Part shown: in pieces, positions 38,311 to 50,855 of the stretch
How the letters are laid out: the number at the start of each line of letters is the position of its first letter
Position numbering within the stretch: the first letter of the stretch is position 1
Assembly (NCBI RefSeq): GCF_030684315.1
Contig: NC_081400.1
Coordinates: 3,589,795-3,653,794 of the forward strand
From: Stegostoma tigrinum
Lineage: Eukaryota
DNA length: 64,000 nt
Direction of reading: 5' to 3'
Position numbers and translations under genes: made by a program
The notes under the pieces: model-generated
What the model was told of the DNA's origin: nothing
What the model saw: only the letters and a program-made list of their open reading frames with translations
Databases searched by the model: none

Positions 38311-38625
38311 CAATGGCCGAGTGGTATTATCGCTGGACTGTTAATTCAGTGACCCACACAACGTTCTGGGGGCTTAGGTTTGAATCCCGCCAAAACAGAT
38401 GGTGGAATTTGAATTCAGTAAAATATCTGGAATGAAGAACCTAATGATTACTATGAATCCAAATCAGTCGGGTTCCCCTTTGGGGAAGGAAACTGATATT
38501 CAATCCCTGGTCTTGCGACTCCTGACCCAACAGAAATGAGGTTGACTCTTAACTGCTCACGAGTGAATTAAGGGTGGGCAATAAATGCTGGCCTAGCCAG
38601 CTATGCCCTCATCCTGTGAATGAAC
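38311..38625 (+). mobile_element. tRNA-derived SINE (Deu/SacSINE-like); related copies at 40375-40690(-), 44705-44990, 45345-45590(-), 48933-49220, 53480-53790
   Basis: A-box TGGCCGAGTGG and B-box-like GGTTTGAATCCC; shared body GGTTGACTCTTAACTG and GGGCAATAAATGCTGGCCTAGCCAGC. Confidence 0.75.
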
Positions 38626-38639
38626 AGAAAGCACCAACA

Positions 38640-38910
38640 CTTCCACGAGCATCCCACCCAGACCATACACCTAAATTATCCATGTAATCCTACATTTCTC
38701 ATGGCTGGTCCACACAGCCTGCACATTCCTGGAAACTATGGGCCAATTTAGCATAGCGAATCCACCTAAGCTTAACATCATTGAACTGTGGATGGGAACC
38801 AAACTACCAGGAGGAAAACCACACAGACTTAGGGCGACTGTGCAAACTCCATCAAACCCGAGTCCCTGGCACTGTGAGGCAGCAGTGCTAACCACTGAGT
38901 CACTGCATCA
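38640..38910 (-). mobile_element. HE1-type elasmobranch SINE; second partial copy at 51893-52140(-)
   Basis: Minus strand CAGTGGTTAGCACTGCTGCCTCACAGTGCCAGGGAC..GGGTT and GGCCATGCTAAATTG body. Confidence 0.75.
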
Positions 38911-41900
38911 GCCCAATAAGAGGAAGACCTTAGGCCCCTAATCGTGCTCTGCTCTTCAGTACAATCATAGGTGATTGCCCCACAACTTCACTTTCCTGCC
39001 ATTTATTCCTTGAAACACTTTGTGTGTAAATTTGTACCCATCAGAATCTTCGACAGACACAGAGAATGCTGCAGATTCACCATCCTCTGAGCTAAAGAAT
39101 TTCCCTTCATCTCAATCCAAACTGGCTGAGCCCTTGTGCTGCAACATGTTCTCGACTCTTGAGCAAATGGGTTTGATCCAGAGGGGTTTTGAGTTTCACT
39201 GGAGGGCGGGGGAGTACAGACTCTCCACATCCACCTTGTCAAAACCTTTCAAAATCTGATACACTTCAATGAGATCACCTTTCATTCTTCGAATTGCAAG
39301 AGGTTATATGCACGCTCTCCCTGCAGGACAGCCCTTTCCCCTTTACGAAGCTTCATTCTGCTCCCTCAGAGATGGGCCTATCATTGGTAGGTGAGGAGAC
39401 CACAAGTATAATCATTACTGCAGGAGTACGCTCATCAACTCATTGTATAACAGAAGTTAAATCTTCACTACTAGATATTTTTCTGCATCTGCTCAAGTAC
39501 ATCATGACACATCTCTGGAGTAGGTGATAATTGAACCCAAACTTCCAGGCTCAAAAGTAAGGAAATTACGTTTCACCACAAGGGACCTAAAATTCTTTCC
39601 TGATATTCTCTTGCCCCCTCACAATAAATCCTTACATGCTATTTCTACAACACACTCCCTCGATCATGGACGCTCAGCATTCAGGGGATGAGGACATCGC
39701 TGGATAGACGGCATCTCCTACCCATCCCTAATTTCCCAGTGGGTAGTTGGGAGTCAACCACATTTCTGTAGGTCTGGAGTCACATATAGGCCAGACCAAG
39801 TAATGATGGCAGTTTCACTCACCATAAGATGCACAGCAGAAATTTGCCAAGAATCCTTAGCACCTTCCAACCCCATGACCACTTCCATCTGGAAGGACAA
39901 GAGTAGAAGATACATGGAAACATCACCTTTTGCAAAAAAGCTCCCCTCCAAATCACTTACGATCCCGACTTTGAAATATAACAGCTGTTCCTTCAGTATT
40001 GTTAGGTCAAAAGATTCTCTCTCGTCACACAGTGAGTGTCCCAGTGCGACACGGATGACAACGGTTCAAGAAGTCATCTCACACCTTTTCAAGGGGGAAC
40101 TAAGAACTAATAATAAATGCTGTTCCAACAAGATCCCCGTATCTCACAGCTGAATCTAAAAGTATAATTTGCTTTAAAAACTGTATGCAATGTTTGTTAA
40201 CTTTCTTTATTCCCTGTATCCGCAATTCCTCTGATAACCAAAATATGCCAGCCACTTCAGAAGTTTCCCCTTCCCTTTTACCAAGAAGAATAATTCCTCA
40301 CTTTTCCACACCAATGTCTATTTACCTCTTCCTTAACCAATTACTAATGTAGTCTCTCACTCTCCATTTCAAGTTTATTCCTTTAGGGGATGAGAGCATT
40401 GCTAGCAAGGCAGAATTTATTGCCCTTCCTTAATTTCCCAAAAGGCAGTTAGGAGTCAACCACATGAGGGCTAGGCTAGGTAAGGATGGCAGTTTCCTCC
40501 TCCCAACGGCATTAGTGAACCAGAAGGGTTCTTCCAACAATTGGTTCAGTCGATTTTTAATTCCAGATATTTATTAAATTCAAATTTCACTGTCTGCGAT
40601 GGTAGGATTCAAACCTGGGTTCGTGGAATGTTATCTGTGTTTCTGATTAACAGTCCAGGGGTAATACTACTAGGCTATCGCCTGCCCCTGATCGCACCCT
40701 TGCTATTCCATTTCAAAACAGACTTTCTTGCTTCGTGTTCTTCTGCCCAGTTTACTTTATTTATGGTTTCACCAATGCTGATTTAAAATCGTGTGAAAAC
40801 CGAGGCCAGCAGTACATCCCGTATGCCAAGAGTTCCGACTCAAAGCAGAGCTGTGAATAGGTTTTTGAATGGAGCGTGATTAATGTTGGAGGGCGTCAAT
40901 CAAAAATTAAAGTCGTAGAGTCATACAGATCTCCAGTACAGGCAAAAAAATCCTTCAGCCCATCATCTTAGCTGGTCAAAAAGATCCCTCTAATTGTTCT
41001 AATCTCATTTTCCAGTCCTTGAACCGTAGACTTGGCATCACATGTACATTTCTAAATACTTCTGAAGGGTTTTGCGCCGACCTGCTCCACAGGCAGTGGG
41101 TTCCAGATATCCCCCATCCTCTGGGTGATTACAATTTTTCTGACGTGTCTTCTCAAACTCCTGCCCCTTACTTTCAATCTATGCTCCTGGTCATTGATTC
41201 CTCTGCAAAGGAGGAAAGGCTCCTTGCTGTCTACCCTATCTATGCCTATCATAATTTTATACATCTCGCAGCACTTTTGCCAACGAATAACCAGAGAGAC
41301 CTGAAAGTCTAGGGAAGCTGCCAGGTCATGACTGACCCAGGTTTAACACTTGGGGACGTTTCATTCATCCTGAAACGTCCCCAAGTGTTAAACCTGATCT
41401 CCTCTAAGATGGTAGAATCAGACACAATAGCAATGTTTAAGAGGTATTCAGACATACATGTGTACAGGCAGGGAATAGAGCGATATGGGCCATGTGCAGA
41501 CAGATGGGATCAATTTAAAATGGTATCAAGGTCAGCACAGATATGGCAAGCCGAATGGCCTATTCCTGTGCTGTACTGTTCTATGGCCTATGGCCTCTTA
41601 CAATCTCTTCTGCTCCAAGGAATAAAGAACATTTTATCCATTTTACCATGTTGACTGAGACTCTCCAGCCAAGGCAACATCCTGGTAAATCTCCTTTGCA
41701 TCCTCTCCAGTATTGTCACATGCTTCCTCTCGTGTGGATTCCAGAACGCTGCACAAAATCCTATGCCTGTGACCTAATCTGTAATGCTCTGCCGTTACCT
41801 CCCTGCTCTTAGCCTATTGAGCAAGGGTTCATTCTGTGATCTGATTTGTCCAGCAGTACCATCAGCCAGAATCATAAAAAGGGGATTTGTCCAGGATATC

Positions 41901-42489
41901 AGTTAGGTGAGTGTAAGATGATTTTTTGTCTTTTCTTGAAGAATTGCAAGCTTGAATGTCATAGAGAGAAAGTGGTAATGTATGGTAAGTTTTCCTAATG
42001 GATTGCACTGTTAGAATGCTTTTGAACATTTTGGGAAGTAGAAGGCTTTTTTCTTCAGATTATTTCAAACCTTTGATGAACACTGAAGGGAGAAAGTTAC
42101 CAGACAAGTTGAAGGTAGAAACAAAAGCTGGATCCTGTGAGGATGAAATGCTCAAAGTGACTGTTGAAGATTTCAGGATCCTAAGGATGGAAATGGCAAA
42201 CTGAATGGCAAATTTCAAACTAACTATGATTTGAAAATGAACAAGTTTGAATTAGAGATCAAAAAGGAAAGGGAAATTAAAAAGGCTTCAAATGAAAGTA
42301 GAGGAGAAGAAAAGAAGATGGGGTGAAGGTAGCATGCTCCCATAGAACAGAAGATTGCTACCTCATTACAGAGGCAACCGGTAGCTGTTTAACCTGAGGG
42401 CCACCACACCGCGGGTGAGGAGAGAGGTTGGTCAGGAGGGTGTCACTCTATATCACAAACGTACCAGCTGAGCTGAAGGACTGGGATAT

Positions 42490-43255
42490 GACTTAAATAG
42501 TTAATGGTGGGGCCCTGCGGAATGTTGTCAGAGAGAGACCAATGAGTACAGGTGCATAGTTACCTGAAAGTGATGTCACAGGTAGACAGGATGCCCGAGA
42601 AAGTGTTTGGTGCAGTGGCCTTCATTGGTCAGAGCATTGAGCACAGGAACTGGGATGTCATGTTACAGTTATACAAGACATTTTTCATGCTACATTTGAA
42701 GCACAATTTGGGTCGCCGTGCTATAGGAAGGATGTTATTAAACTGGAAAGGGTTAAAAAAAATACAAGGATGTTAACAAGCTTAGATTATTTGAGTTATG
42801 GAGAAAGGCTACACAGGCTGGCACTTTTTTTCGGCTGGAGCATAGCAGGCTGAGGGATGATCTAATCGAGGCTTATATATCATAAGGCATCATAGATAAT
42901 GTGAATACATCATAGATAATGTGAATAGTCAAGTTGTGTTTCCCCATGGTGGGGAGTCAAAAAAATAGATGGGTTAGGTTTAAGTTCAGAGAGGAAAGAT
43001 TCAATATGGACCTGAAGGACGACTTGTTCACACAGAGGGTGGTGCGTATAGGGAACGAGCTGCCAGAGAAAGTGGAACAGGTGGGTACAGTTTCAACATT
43101 TAAAAGACAATTAGACAGGCAAATGCATGGGAAACGCTTAGATGAATAAGGGGTAAATGCAAGCAAAAAGGGGAGAATTCCATTTAGGAAATCTGATCTA
43201 CTTGGATGAATTGGGCCAAAGGGCCTAGTTCTATGTTATATATGCCTCTACGACT
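42490..43255 (+). mobile_element. CR1 3' fragment just upstream of the light-chain promoter
   Basis: WDVMLQLYKT; LFTQRVVRIGNELPEKV; CTACGACTC tail. Confidence 0.85.
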
Positions 43256-43604
43256 CCGTAAGTTGATGACCCCAGGGAAGCAGAGAAAACAAAAAGAGAA
43301 GTGTAACTGTTTTTCTTTATTGCATGCTTTGGAGAAGGAGTTGGATATGTTTCTTTGGGCTAAATTGGGAAGAGGGGAATGAGTTGAAAAATCAGACATG
43401 ATCCAGTTGAATTGATCCTAATGAAAGGCAAAGCTGCCTCAAAGAGCTGAATGGCCCATATCTGTCCCTATTTACTATGAACACGAAATCCATTCAGACA
43501 TTAAACATTCATAAATGCAAAAGTCAGAAGAGGGACAACGATGTAGGAAGCCAGAAATAGATCGGTGAAAACCCGGAGTGTCGATTTGCCTGGTCTCTGC
43601 CCCT

Positions 43605-43630
43605 TCATTTGCATTCCAGTGATTAAATAG
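43605..43630 (+). promoter_or_regulatory. Ig light-chain promoter: octamer/decamer and TATA-like box
   Basis: TCATTTGCAT 43605-43614 (octamer ATTTGCAT in light-chain orientation) and TTAAATA 43623-43629, ~140 bp upstream of the leader ATG. 7/8 octamer variants at 43515 (ATGCAAAA) and 43584 (ATTTGCCT). Confidence 0.85.
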
Positions 43631-43755
43631 AGCCGGTGGGCCCTCGCCAACTTACTGACACTGGGCGCAGAGCATTTTCCGGGAGTTTACAACAAACAGT
43701 TGGACCGAAGGTTACACTGGGGCGACTGGCTGCTTCCATGCATTCTCCAGCGAAA

Positions 43756-43804
43756 ATGTTTTGGACGCTGCATCTGTTGTGGGCTCTGCTGCTCCACGCC
43801 ACAG
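43756..43804 (+). CDS. Ig light chain exon 1: leader (MFWTLHLLWALLLHAT-G)
   Basis: Hydrophobic signal peptide; phase-1 donor ACAG|GTCAGA. An alternative in-frame ATG lies at 43738. Confidence 0.88.
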
Positions 43805-43885
43805 GTCAGAAATTGCCTTGGATTAACACCTGCCTGTTAAATACTGGTTGGCTTTGTTTCATCCTGTGTGTTTCTTTAATGATAG

Positions 43886-44233
43886 GTACCTTGGCTGATG
43901 TTGTCCTCAACCAGAGTCCAATTTCTGACCCAGTTTCTGTTGGTCAGACCGCCCAGTTGAAGTGTGTGCTGCAGAAAGGTATTGTGGACAGTTACGACAT
44001 GCGTTGGTACAGACAGAGTGTCGGAGAAACCCCGCAGTTTGTGCTCCAGCACAAGGCGGATGGCGCAATACACAGAGGCACCGGCTTCACTGACCGTTTC
44101 CAACCTTCTCGAAACTCCTCCACTAACAGTTACATCCTAACCATCAGAAACGTGGTCTCTGATGATTTTGCCATCTATTACTGTGAAGTGTGGGGATACA
44201 TCTTCGGAGGTGGAACTGCCCTGAATGTTCGGA
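43886..44233 (+). CDS. Ig light chain exon 2: pre-joined V-J, elasmobranch type I (NS5/sigma-cart)
   Basis: Acceptor ATAG|GT; GTLA/DVVLNQSPISDPVSVGQTAQLKC (Cys 43963), WYRQ (44005), GTGFTDRFQPSR, DFAIYYC (44182), EVWGYI, FGGGTALNVR; donor A|GTAAGT at 44234. No RSS or intervening DNA. The PISDPVS and RGTGFTDRF.PSR motifs match type I shark light chains as I recall them. Confidence 0.95.
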
Positions 44234-44249
44234 GTAAGTGATTCTGTTT

Positions 44250-44590
44250 TTCTCTCCTTCTCTCTCTGTTTCTCTATCTCTCTCTCTCTCGCTATTTATC
44301 TATCTATCTACCTATCTATCTATCTATTTATCTCTCATTCAGGTGAGTTCAATTTTTATCCCTTCAGAGGCGATACTGTTTTCCATATGTCACCAAATCA
44401 CAATTTAATACATTTTGCAACATATCTAACTAATACTCACAAGACAAATTATTATCTCAAAAATTCTGTCAGTCACAGATGCAAACAGAACAGTTGATTA
44501 TATTAATAATGGTGCCTCTCTCACACACACACGTGTACACACACACACACACACACTCACACACACACACACGCGCGCACACACACAATC
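44250..44590. repeat. (CT)n/(TATC)n and (CA)n microsatellites at the start of the J-C intron
   Basis: Visible at 44250-44335 and 44521-44587. Confidence 0.9.
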
Positions 44591-45594
44591 ATTGTTGTTA
44601 TTAAGCTGTTATGTTGACAGTGGCCTGTTCGGTTTTGCTATGTAAACTGTCACAGCCCAGCAGTGACACATATACTAACCACGCATTGTCTGCACTCAGG
44701 AGGAACTGCCTTGTGGTATTATCACAAGGGTGTTAATCCAGAGACCCAGGTAATATTCTGGAGACCCAGGTTTAAATCCCACCCTTCCGGAATTAAGATT
44801 TTACTGATGTCTCAGAAACCATTGCCAGTTGTCGGGGGAAACATCCGTCTAGTTCACCTGGGAAATCTGCCAACCTCATCTAGTCTGGCCTAAGTGTGAC
44901 TCCACAACGATGGGCTTAACTCTGAACTGCCCTCTCAGCAATAAATGGTGGCCTCACAAGTGGCACTCATATCCCATGAATGAATTTTTAAAAATCCTTA
45001 ACTTCTGGGTAATGAAGATCATGGGAGGCGAGAGGAGGCCACTTGGCCCCTCCATCCAGCTCTACCAATCAGTAAGTTCACTGGGGGAGGCGTGACTAGA
45101 TTTCCAAAGAAATGTCTCCTCAGCTCAGTCCAGAGGGCCACCCTGAGACCCCCATCTTCTAGAGCGGGGCTGGTAAGGCGAGGGGAGGAAGTGGTGCAGA
45201 CAGGTCCTCTATATTGCCGCGCTCGAACCCTCAAAGGGTTTCAAGTGGGTTCCCGTCCGCAGTCGCTGCCCAGCAGCTCTGAACCATTTGCCAGGCCTAC
45301 CCAGTCAAGTACCCAGGCACCAATCGCCGTCCACACTTTCGTTTTCTTATTCATTCACGGGATCTGGGCATCGCTGACTGGGCCGGTATTGCCTGTCCCT
45401 GTTTGCCCAGGCTGCAGCTGAGAGTCAGCCACATTGCTGTGGGTTTGTAGTCACGTGTAGGCCAGAGCAGGTCGGGACAGCAGTTTCCTTCAGATGGGGT
45501 TTTATGTTTCAACAAGCGGCAGTGGATTCAGGTTGTCACTGGCCTCCTAATTCCAGATATTTATTGAATTCAATCTGCTGTGGTCTAATTGAAG

Positions 45595-46154
45595 CTGGGT
45601 CTCCAGATTATGCTGCAACTGTACAAAGCGCTCGTGCGGCCCCATTTGGAATATTGCGTGCAGTTCTGGTTGCCCCATTACAGGAAGGATGTGGAAGCAT
45701 TGGAAAAGGTGCAGAGGAAATTTACCAGGATATTGCCTGGTCTGGAGCACAGGCCCTATGAAGAAAGGCTGAGGGACATGGGTCTGTTCTCATTGGAGAG
45801 AAGGAGGCTAAGAGGGGATTTAATAGAGACATACAAGATGATCAGAGGATTAGATAGGGTGGACAGTGAGAGTCTTTTTCTGAGGATGATGACTTTAGCT
45901 TGTACGAGGGAGCACAGCTACAAATTGAGGGGTGATAGATTTAAGACAGATGTCAGAGGCAGGTTCTTTACTCAGACAGTAGTAAGGGCGTGGAACGCCC
46001 TGCCTGCCAATGTAGTTAACTCAGCCACATTAGGGGCATTTAAACAGTCCTTGGATAATCAGATGGATAATGATGGTATAGTGTAGGGGAGGGGCTTAGA
46101 TTAGTTCACAGGTCGGTGCAACATCGAGGGCTGAGGGGCCTGTTCTGCGCTGTA
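45595..46154 (+). mobile_element. Young CR1 3' fragment in the J-C intron, nested in a SINE and running into an N gap (46155-46307)
   Basis: Uninterrupted MLQLYKALVRPHLEYCVQFWLPHYRKDV...FFTQTVVRAWNALP. Confidence 0.92.
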
Positions 46155-47062
46155 NNNNNNNNNNNNNNNNNNNNNNNNNNNNNNNNNNNNNNNNNNNNNN
46201 NNNNNNNNNNNNNNNNNNNNNNNNNNNNNNNNNNNNNNNNNNNNNNNNNNNNNNNNNNNNNNNNNNNNNNNNNNNNNNNNNNNNNNNNNNNNNNNNNNNN
46301 NNNNNNNTATCAATAATTCTCACGTACTGGTCAGTGTTTTATTAATAATTCTCTCTCTTTTTCAGAAACACACAGGGAAGAGAATTATTTCTGTCAATAA
46401 TTCTCTCTATCCCTTTCTCTCACACACACACACGCACGCACGCACACACACATGCACACACGCACACACATGCACACACACGTCAGAGATTAAATCAGTA
46501 ATCCTCTCTCGCATGTACAGCTCAGTGTTATATTAATAAGCTTCTCTCACACATGCGCATTGAGGTTAGCACCTTATTTGAGCCAATTATTCTCTTACAC
46601 ACAAGACAGATAGCTATATTTATAACTCTATCTTTCTGTCTCACACACACAAGTCACAGTGCTATTAGATGTACATTAATCAATCTCTCACTCTTGACTC
46701 CTCACACACAGACACACACACACACACACACAAATTCACACCCACAGGCCATTGATACATATTAATCTTTCTCTCCTTTTCACACACATGCACACAAGTT
46801 AGAGTGCTATACGTTAATATTTTTTTATCTCTGTCCTACACACACACACATGCACACAAACAGAGGCACACAGCCAGAGAATTACATATATTAATGATTC
46901 TCTGTCACTCGCACAATTCAAAGTTTTATATTTATATAAATAATTCTTCCTCACACACAAATATGAGTTAATCTTTTTCTTCATATATATAATTGTCTCT
47001 CTCTCTCTCTCTCTGTCACACACTCTCTATTTCAATCTCCCCCCCCCACCCTACACATACAG

Positions 47063-47391
47063 GTAGCGATGATCGGAAACCATCTGTACTTCTGCTTCCA
47101 CCTTCCCCAGAACAAATAGACACGGGATCAGCCACTCTGTCCTGTCTGGTGAGTCGCTTTAAGCCGGGCCTAGTGCAGGTCCTCTGGAGCGTGGATGGGA
47201 AAGAGACAGACAGTGGGGTGACCACAAGCGCAGTGTCCCCAGACAGTGATCAAAGCTACAGCCTGAGCAGTTACCTGACAGTCCCGGCCACTGATTGGAA
47301 GAAAGGTTCCAGATATTCCTGCAGTGTGAGGCACGGATCACTGACCTCGCCTCTCCTCAACACCATCAGCTCCAGCGACTGCTCGCTCTGA
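47063..47391 (+). CDS. Ig light chain exon 3: constant (C1-set) domain
   Basis: Acceptor ACAG|GT is phase-compatible with J (A+GT=Ser). SDDRKPSVLLLPPS..ATLSCLVSRFKPG..VLW..YSLSSYLTVP..W..YSCSVRH..SSSDCSL*, with a near-terminal Cys for the H-L bond. Spliced CDS 49+348+329=726 nt. Confidence 0.96.
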
Positions 47392-47681
47392 GGCATAAAA
47401 CGCAAATGTCAGTCACTGTGTGCCAAACGGCACAGTGTTGTTTGGATTTTGCTTTATAATGTAATTTTTGCAGCAATATCAGTATTTGGTGAACACATCA
47501 AACATTGAAGGGTTTCAGGAGTGGGGGAAATGATTGTTCAATTTGGTGAGTGGGGATTTCCTGTTGCAATTGTCACCAGACTGCTGTGTGCAAACTCTTG
47601 ATCTGGGTAGAATAGGGTGTAATCTCTCTTTTTTAGCATTGACCATGTTGTACTTGTGAACTTTCCAGAAATACAGCTCTG

Positions 47682-47687
47682 AATAAA
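47682..47687 (+). terminator. Likely polyadenylation signal of the light-chain gene
   Basis: First AATAAA, ~290 bp after the stop codon. Confidence 0.6.
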
Positions 47688-49652
47688 TATGAGATGATAC
47701 CACGAAATGACTCCTCTTGATTATTGAACACTGAAAGTGGCACTATGGGACTTAGCAGTGGATAGTTTACACCTGTAACAATATTACGCCGAATTACATC
47801 AAATGATGGCACAGGAACATATATCAAAAATATTTGCCTCAACCACTCCCTGCAGAAGCAAGCCCCTCATTGTCCCCCATTTTCCATGGGAGCGATTCCC
47901 CCATTCCCCACTATTTCCCATGGGAGCGACTCACCCTTTCTCTACTCACTCCCTGCAGGAGCAAGTCCCCTGTTCTCCTCCACTTCTGGTAGGAACGAGT
48001 GCACCATCCTTCCCCTACCCCCGTTGGAGCAAGTTCCACAATATCCTTGCCTGAGGATGTTTCTCCTGAATTCCTGACTGAATTTATCGGAATTGGGTGA
48101 TGTTGGCCAAATTCAGTTTTGTTTGCTGCAGAAGTGGAACATTCCACTCTATCAAACTCTCAGAATTTTCAAAACCTCAGTCAAACCTCATGCCAGTGAG
48201 CTGTCTATTTTTAGTCAGAAGTGTCCCAGCCTGATCACAGTCCTGATTCATCTAACCTTCCAGCTTGTCATTAATCTTGTTCATCATAGCAGCTTTGAAA
48301 TCCCTCTATAATTCTGATAGAATTAGGTTCCCTGGACTCTATACTTCAGTGCAGTCTAACTGACCAAGAGTAAATAGTGGGTGCAGTGTCTAAACCACGT
48401 GCTGAGTCAGGGGAAGCACACTGAGGGTCATAAAGGAGGTACCCACAGAGAGGTGCTCCTGAGATGCTGCTTGGCCTGCTGTGTTCATCCAGCCTCACAT
48501 TTTATTATCTTGGGTCTCTATCTCCTCCCTGTTTCCCAGTCCAGCTTNNNNNNNNNNNNNNNNNNNNNNNNNNNNNNNNNNNNNNNNNNNNNNNNNNNNN
48601 NNNNNNNNNNNNNNNNNNNNNNNNNNNNNNNNNNNNNNNNNNNNNNNNNNNNNNNNNNNNNNNNNNNNNNNNNNNNNNNNNNNNNNNNNNNNNNNNNNNN
48701 NNNNNNNNNNNNNNCTACCTTACATACTCTGTCAATTCCCTCTGACTCTCTTACACTGCCCCTCAATAACTCTCACACTTCCACTTTTTCACATACTTAC
48801 CTCTTCTAATTCACACACGCACACATATTCTCACAGACATACACACACTCGCCCTTCTCTTACATGCATTCTCTCTAACTCTGTTTCTCACACTCACCCT
48901 TTCTCTCTTTTACACACGCTCTCACTCCAATTGGCAATGGCCTAGTAGTTATTTTCGCTGGAATATTACTCCAGAATCCCAGATAATGTTCTGAGGACCC
49001 GGCTTTAAATCCTGCCATGGCGAAAAATCTGGAATTATGAGTCTAATGATGACCGTGAATCCATTGCCAATTGTTGGGGAGAAAAAAACTAATCTGGCTC
49101 ACTACTGCCCTACTTGTGACTCCAGACCCACAGCAATGCGGTTGACTCTTAACTGTCCAATGGGCAATTAGGATGGGCAATAAGTTTTGCCTAGCCAGCG
49201 ATGTCCACATGCTCTGAACAAATTTTAAAAATCTCTTCCTGTCTCACATGTCCATTCACACAAACATTCCCTTACTCTCACACAGTTTCTCTTTTTCACA
49301 CACCATCTTTCACACTCACGGGTCCGGAATTCAGTACAAGGGGACACAGACTTAGGATACAGAGCAAGCCAGTTACGACCAAGATGAGGAAAAATGTCTT
49401 CACTCAGAGGATGGTGAACCTGTGGAACTGGTTGTGGAGACCAAGTGATTGAATATATTTTAGAAAGACATAGGTAAAAGCTGTTGAGGTGTATGGGGAA
49501 AGCAGCAGAATGTCATTGAGGTCGCGGTTGAGCCATCATTGCATTTAATGGCAGAGCACATTTAATGGGCCATATGGTCTAATACTGCTCCTAAGTTTTC
49601 TGTGTTTGAGACAGGTACATAGGCATGCATGTGAAGACAGGGACACGGACAC

Positions 49653-49655
<3 letters not shown>

Positions 49656-49733
<78 letters not shown>
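49656..49733. repeat. (CA)n microsatellite, paralogous to the (GC)n(CA)n tract at 23088-23125
   Basis: Directly visible; the flanks are collinear between the two copies. Confidence 0.95.
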
Positions 49734-49734
<1 letters not shown>

Positions 49735-50126
49735 CTTATGCATCGGCCCGGGGTAGAAACCAAATTTCAACATTGACGAATAACTTCACAGTCGTCTAGG
49801 AATTTGTCTGCCTCCTTCATATGCATAATAATCCTGACGCTAAATGATTAGCAAGGGAGACCCACTAGTAAGAGCCAAGAATTGTCTTATTACGAGAGAT
49901 TGAGCAGTTTTGGCCTGCACACTATCAAATTTACAAGAATGAGAGGAGTACTAATTGAGGTGTATAAAATATGAAGGGGATTTACAAAGTCAACATAGAG
50001 ATAATGTTTTTCATGTGGGACAATCTAGACCAAGAGGCCATGGTTTTATGATTAGGGGTCGCAGATTTAAAGCAGAGATGAGGAAGAATGGCTTATCTCA
50101 AGTTGTGAATCTATGAAGCTCCATGT

Positions 50127-50855
50127 AGAACAAAGAACAAACAAAATTACAACACAGGAACAGGCCCTTTGGCCCTCCAAATCTGGACCAACATGGCGCC
50201 TGTCACAACTAAAACCCCCTACCCTTCCGGGGACCGTATCCCTCTTTTCCCATCCTATTCATAAATTTGTCAAGATAACTTTTAAAAGTCACCGTAGTAT
50301 CTGCTTCCACTCCCTCCCCCAGCAGCGGTTTCCATACACTTCACAATCTTGTAGAACTCTATCAGGTCACCCCTCATTCTCTGTCATTCCAGTGAGAACA
50401 ACCTAGGTTCCTCCAACATCTCCTCATAAATAATGCCCCCCCCCCATACCAGGGATCGAGCTGGTAAGTCTTTTCTGTACCCTCTCCAAAGCCAACGAAT
50501 CCTTCTGGTAGCTTGGTGACGAGAATTGAACACAATGTTCCAAATGTGGCCTAAATAAGTTTCTGTAAGGCTGCAACATTACCTGACAATTTTTTAACTC
50601 AATGCCCAGCCAATGACGACTAGCATGTCATATGCCTTGTTGACTACCTTTTCCACCTGTGTTTCCACTTTCAATGACCTGTGTACCCGTACACCCAGAT
50701 CCCTCTGCCTATCAGTACTCTTAAGGGTTGTGTCATTTACTGTATATTTTCCATCTGGATTTGACCTTCCAAAATGCATAATGACACATTTTCCTGGATT
50801 AAACGCCACCTGCCATTTCTCTGCCCAATTCACCAACCGATCCATGTCTGTCACT
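50127..50855 (-). mobile_element. CR1 3' fragment nested in an older CR1
   Basis: DRLVNWAEKWQVAFNPGKCVIMHFGRSN; absent from the paralogous site at ~23620. Confidence 0.85.

Noticed and set aside
38311-38400. tRNA gene
   Set aside because: The A/B boxes belong to SINE heads followed by SINE bodies; no full cloverleaf.
43636-44241. 201-aa ORF as a single-exon protein
   Set aside because: It starts at a GTG beside the TATA box and reads through the leader intron and the J donor. The spliced L-VJ-C model fits canonical sites.
46655-46681. CACAGTG plus ACATTAATC in the J-C intron as a cryptic RSS
   Set aside because: 11-bp spacer, 6/9 nonamer, no adjacent gene segment; part of a degenerate intronic repeat.
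47414-47437. CACTGTG-10 bp-CACAGTG in the 3' UTR, resembling a D segment between two RSS heptamers
   Set aside because: No nonamer at 12 or 23 bp on either side. It is better explained as a small hairpin (CACTGTG.TGCC/GGCA.CAGTG).
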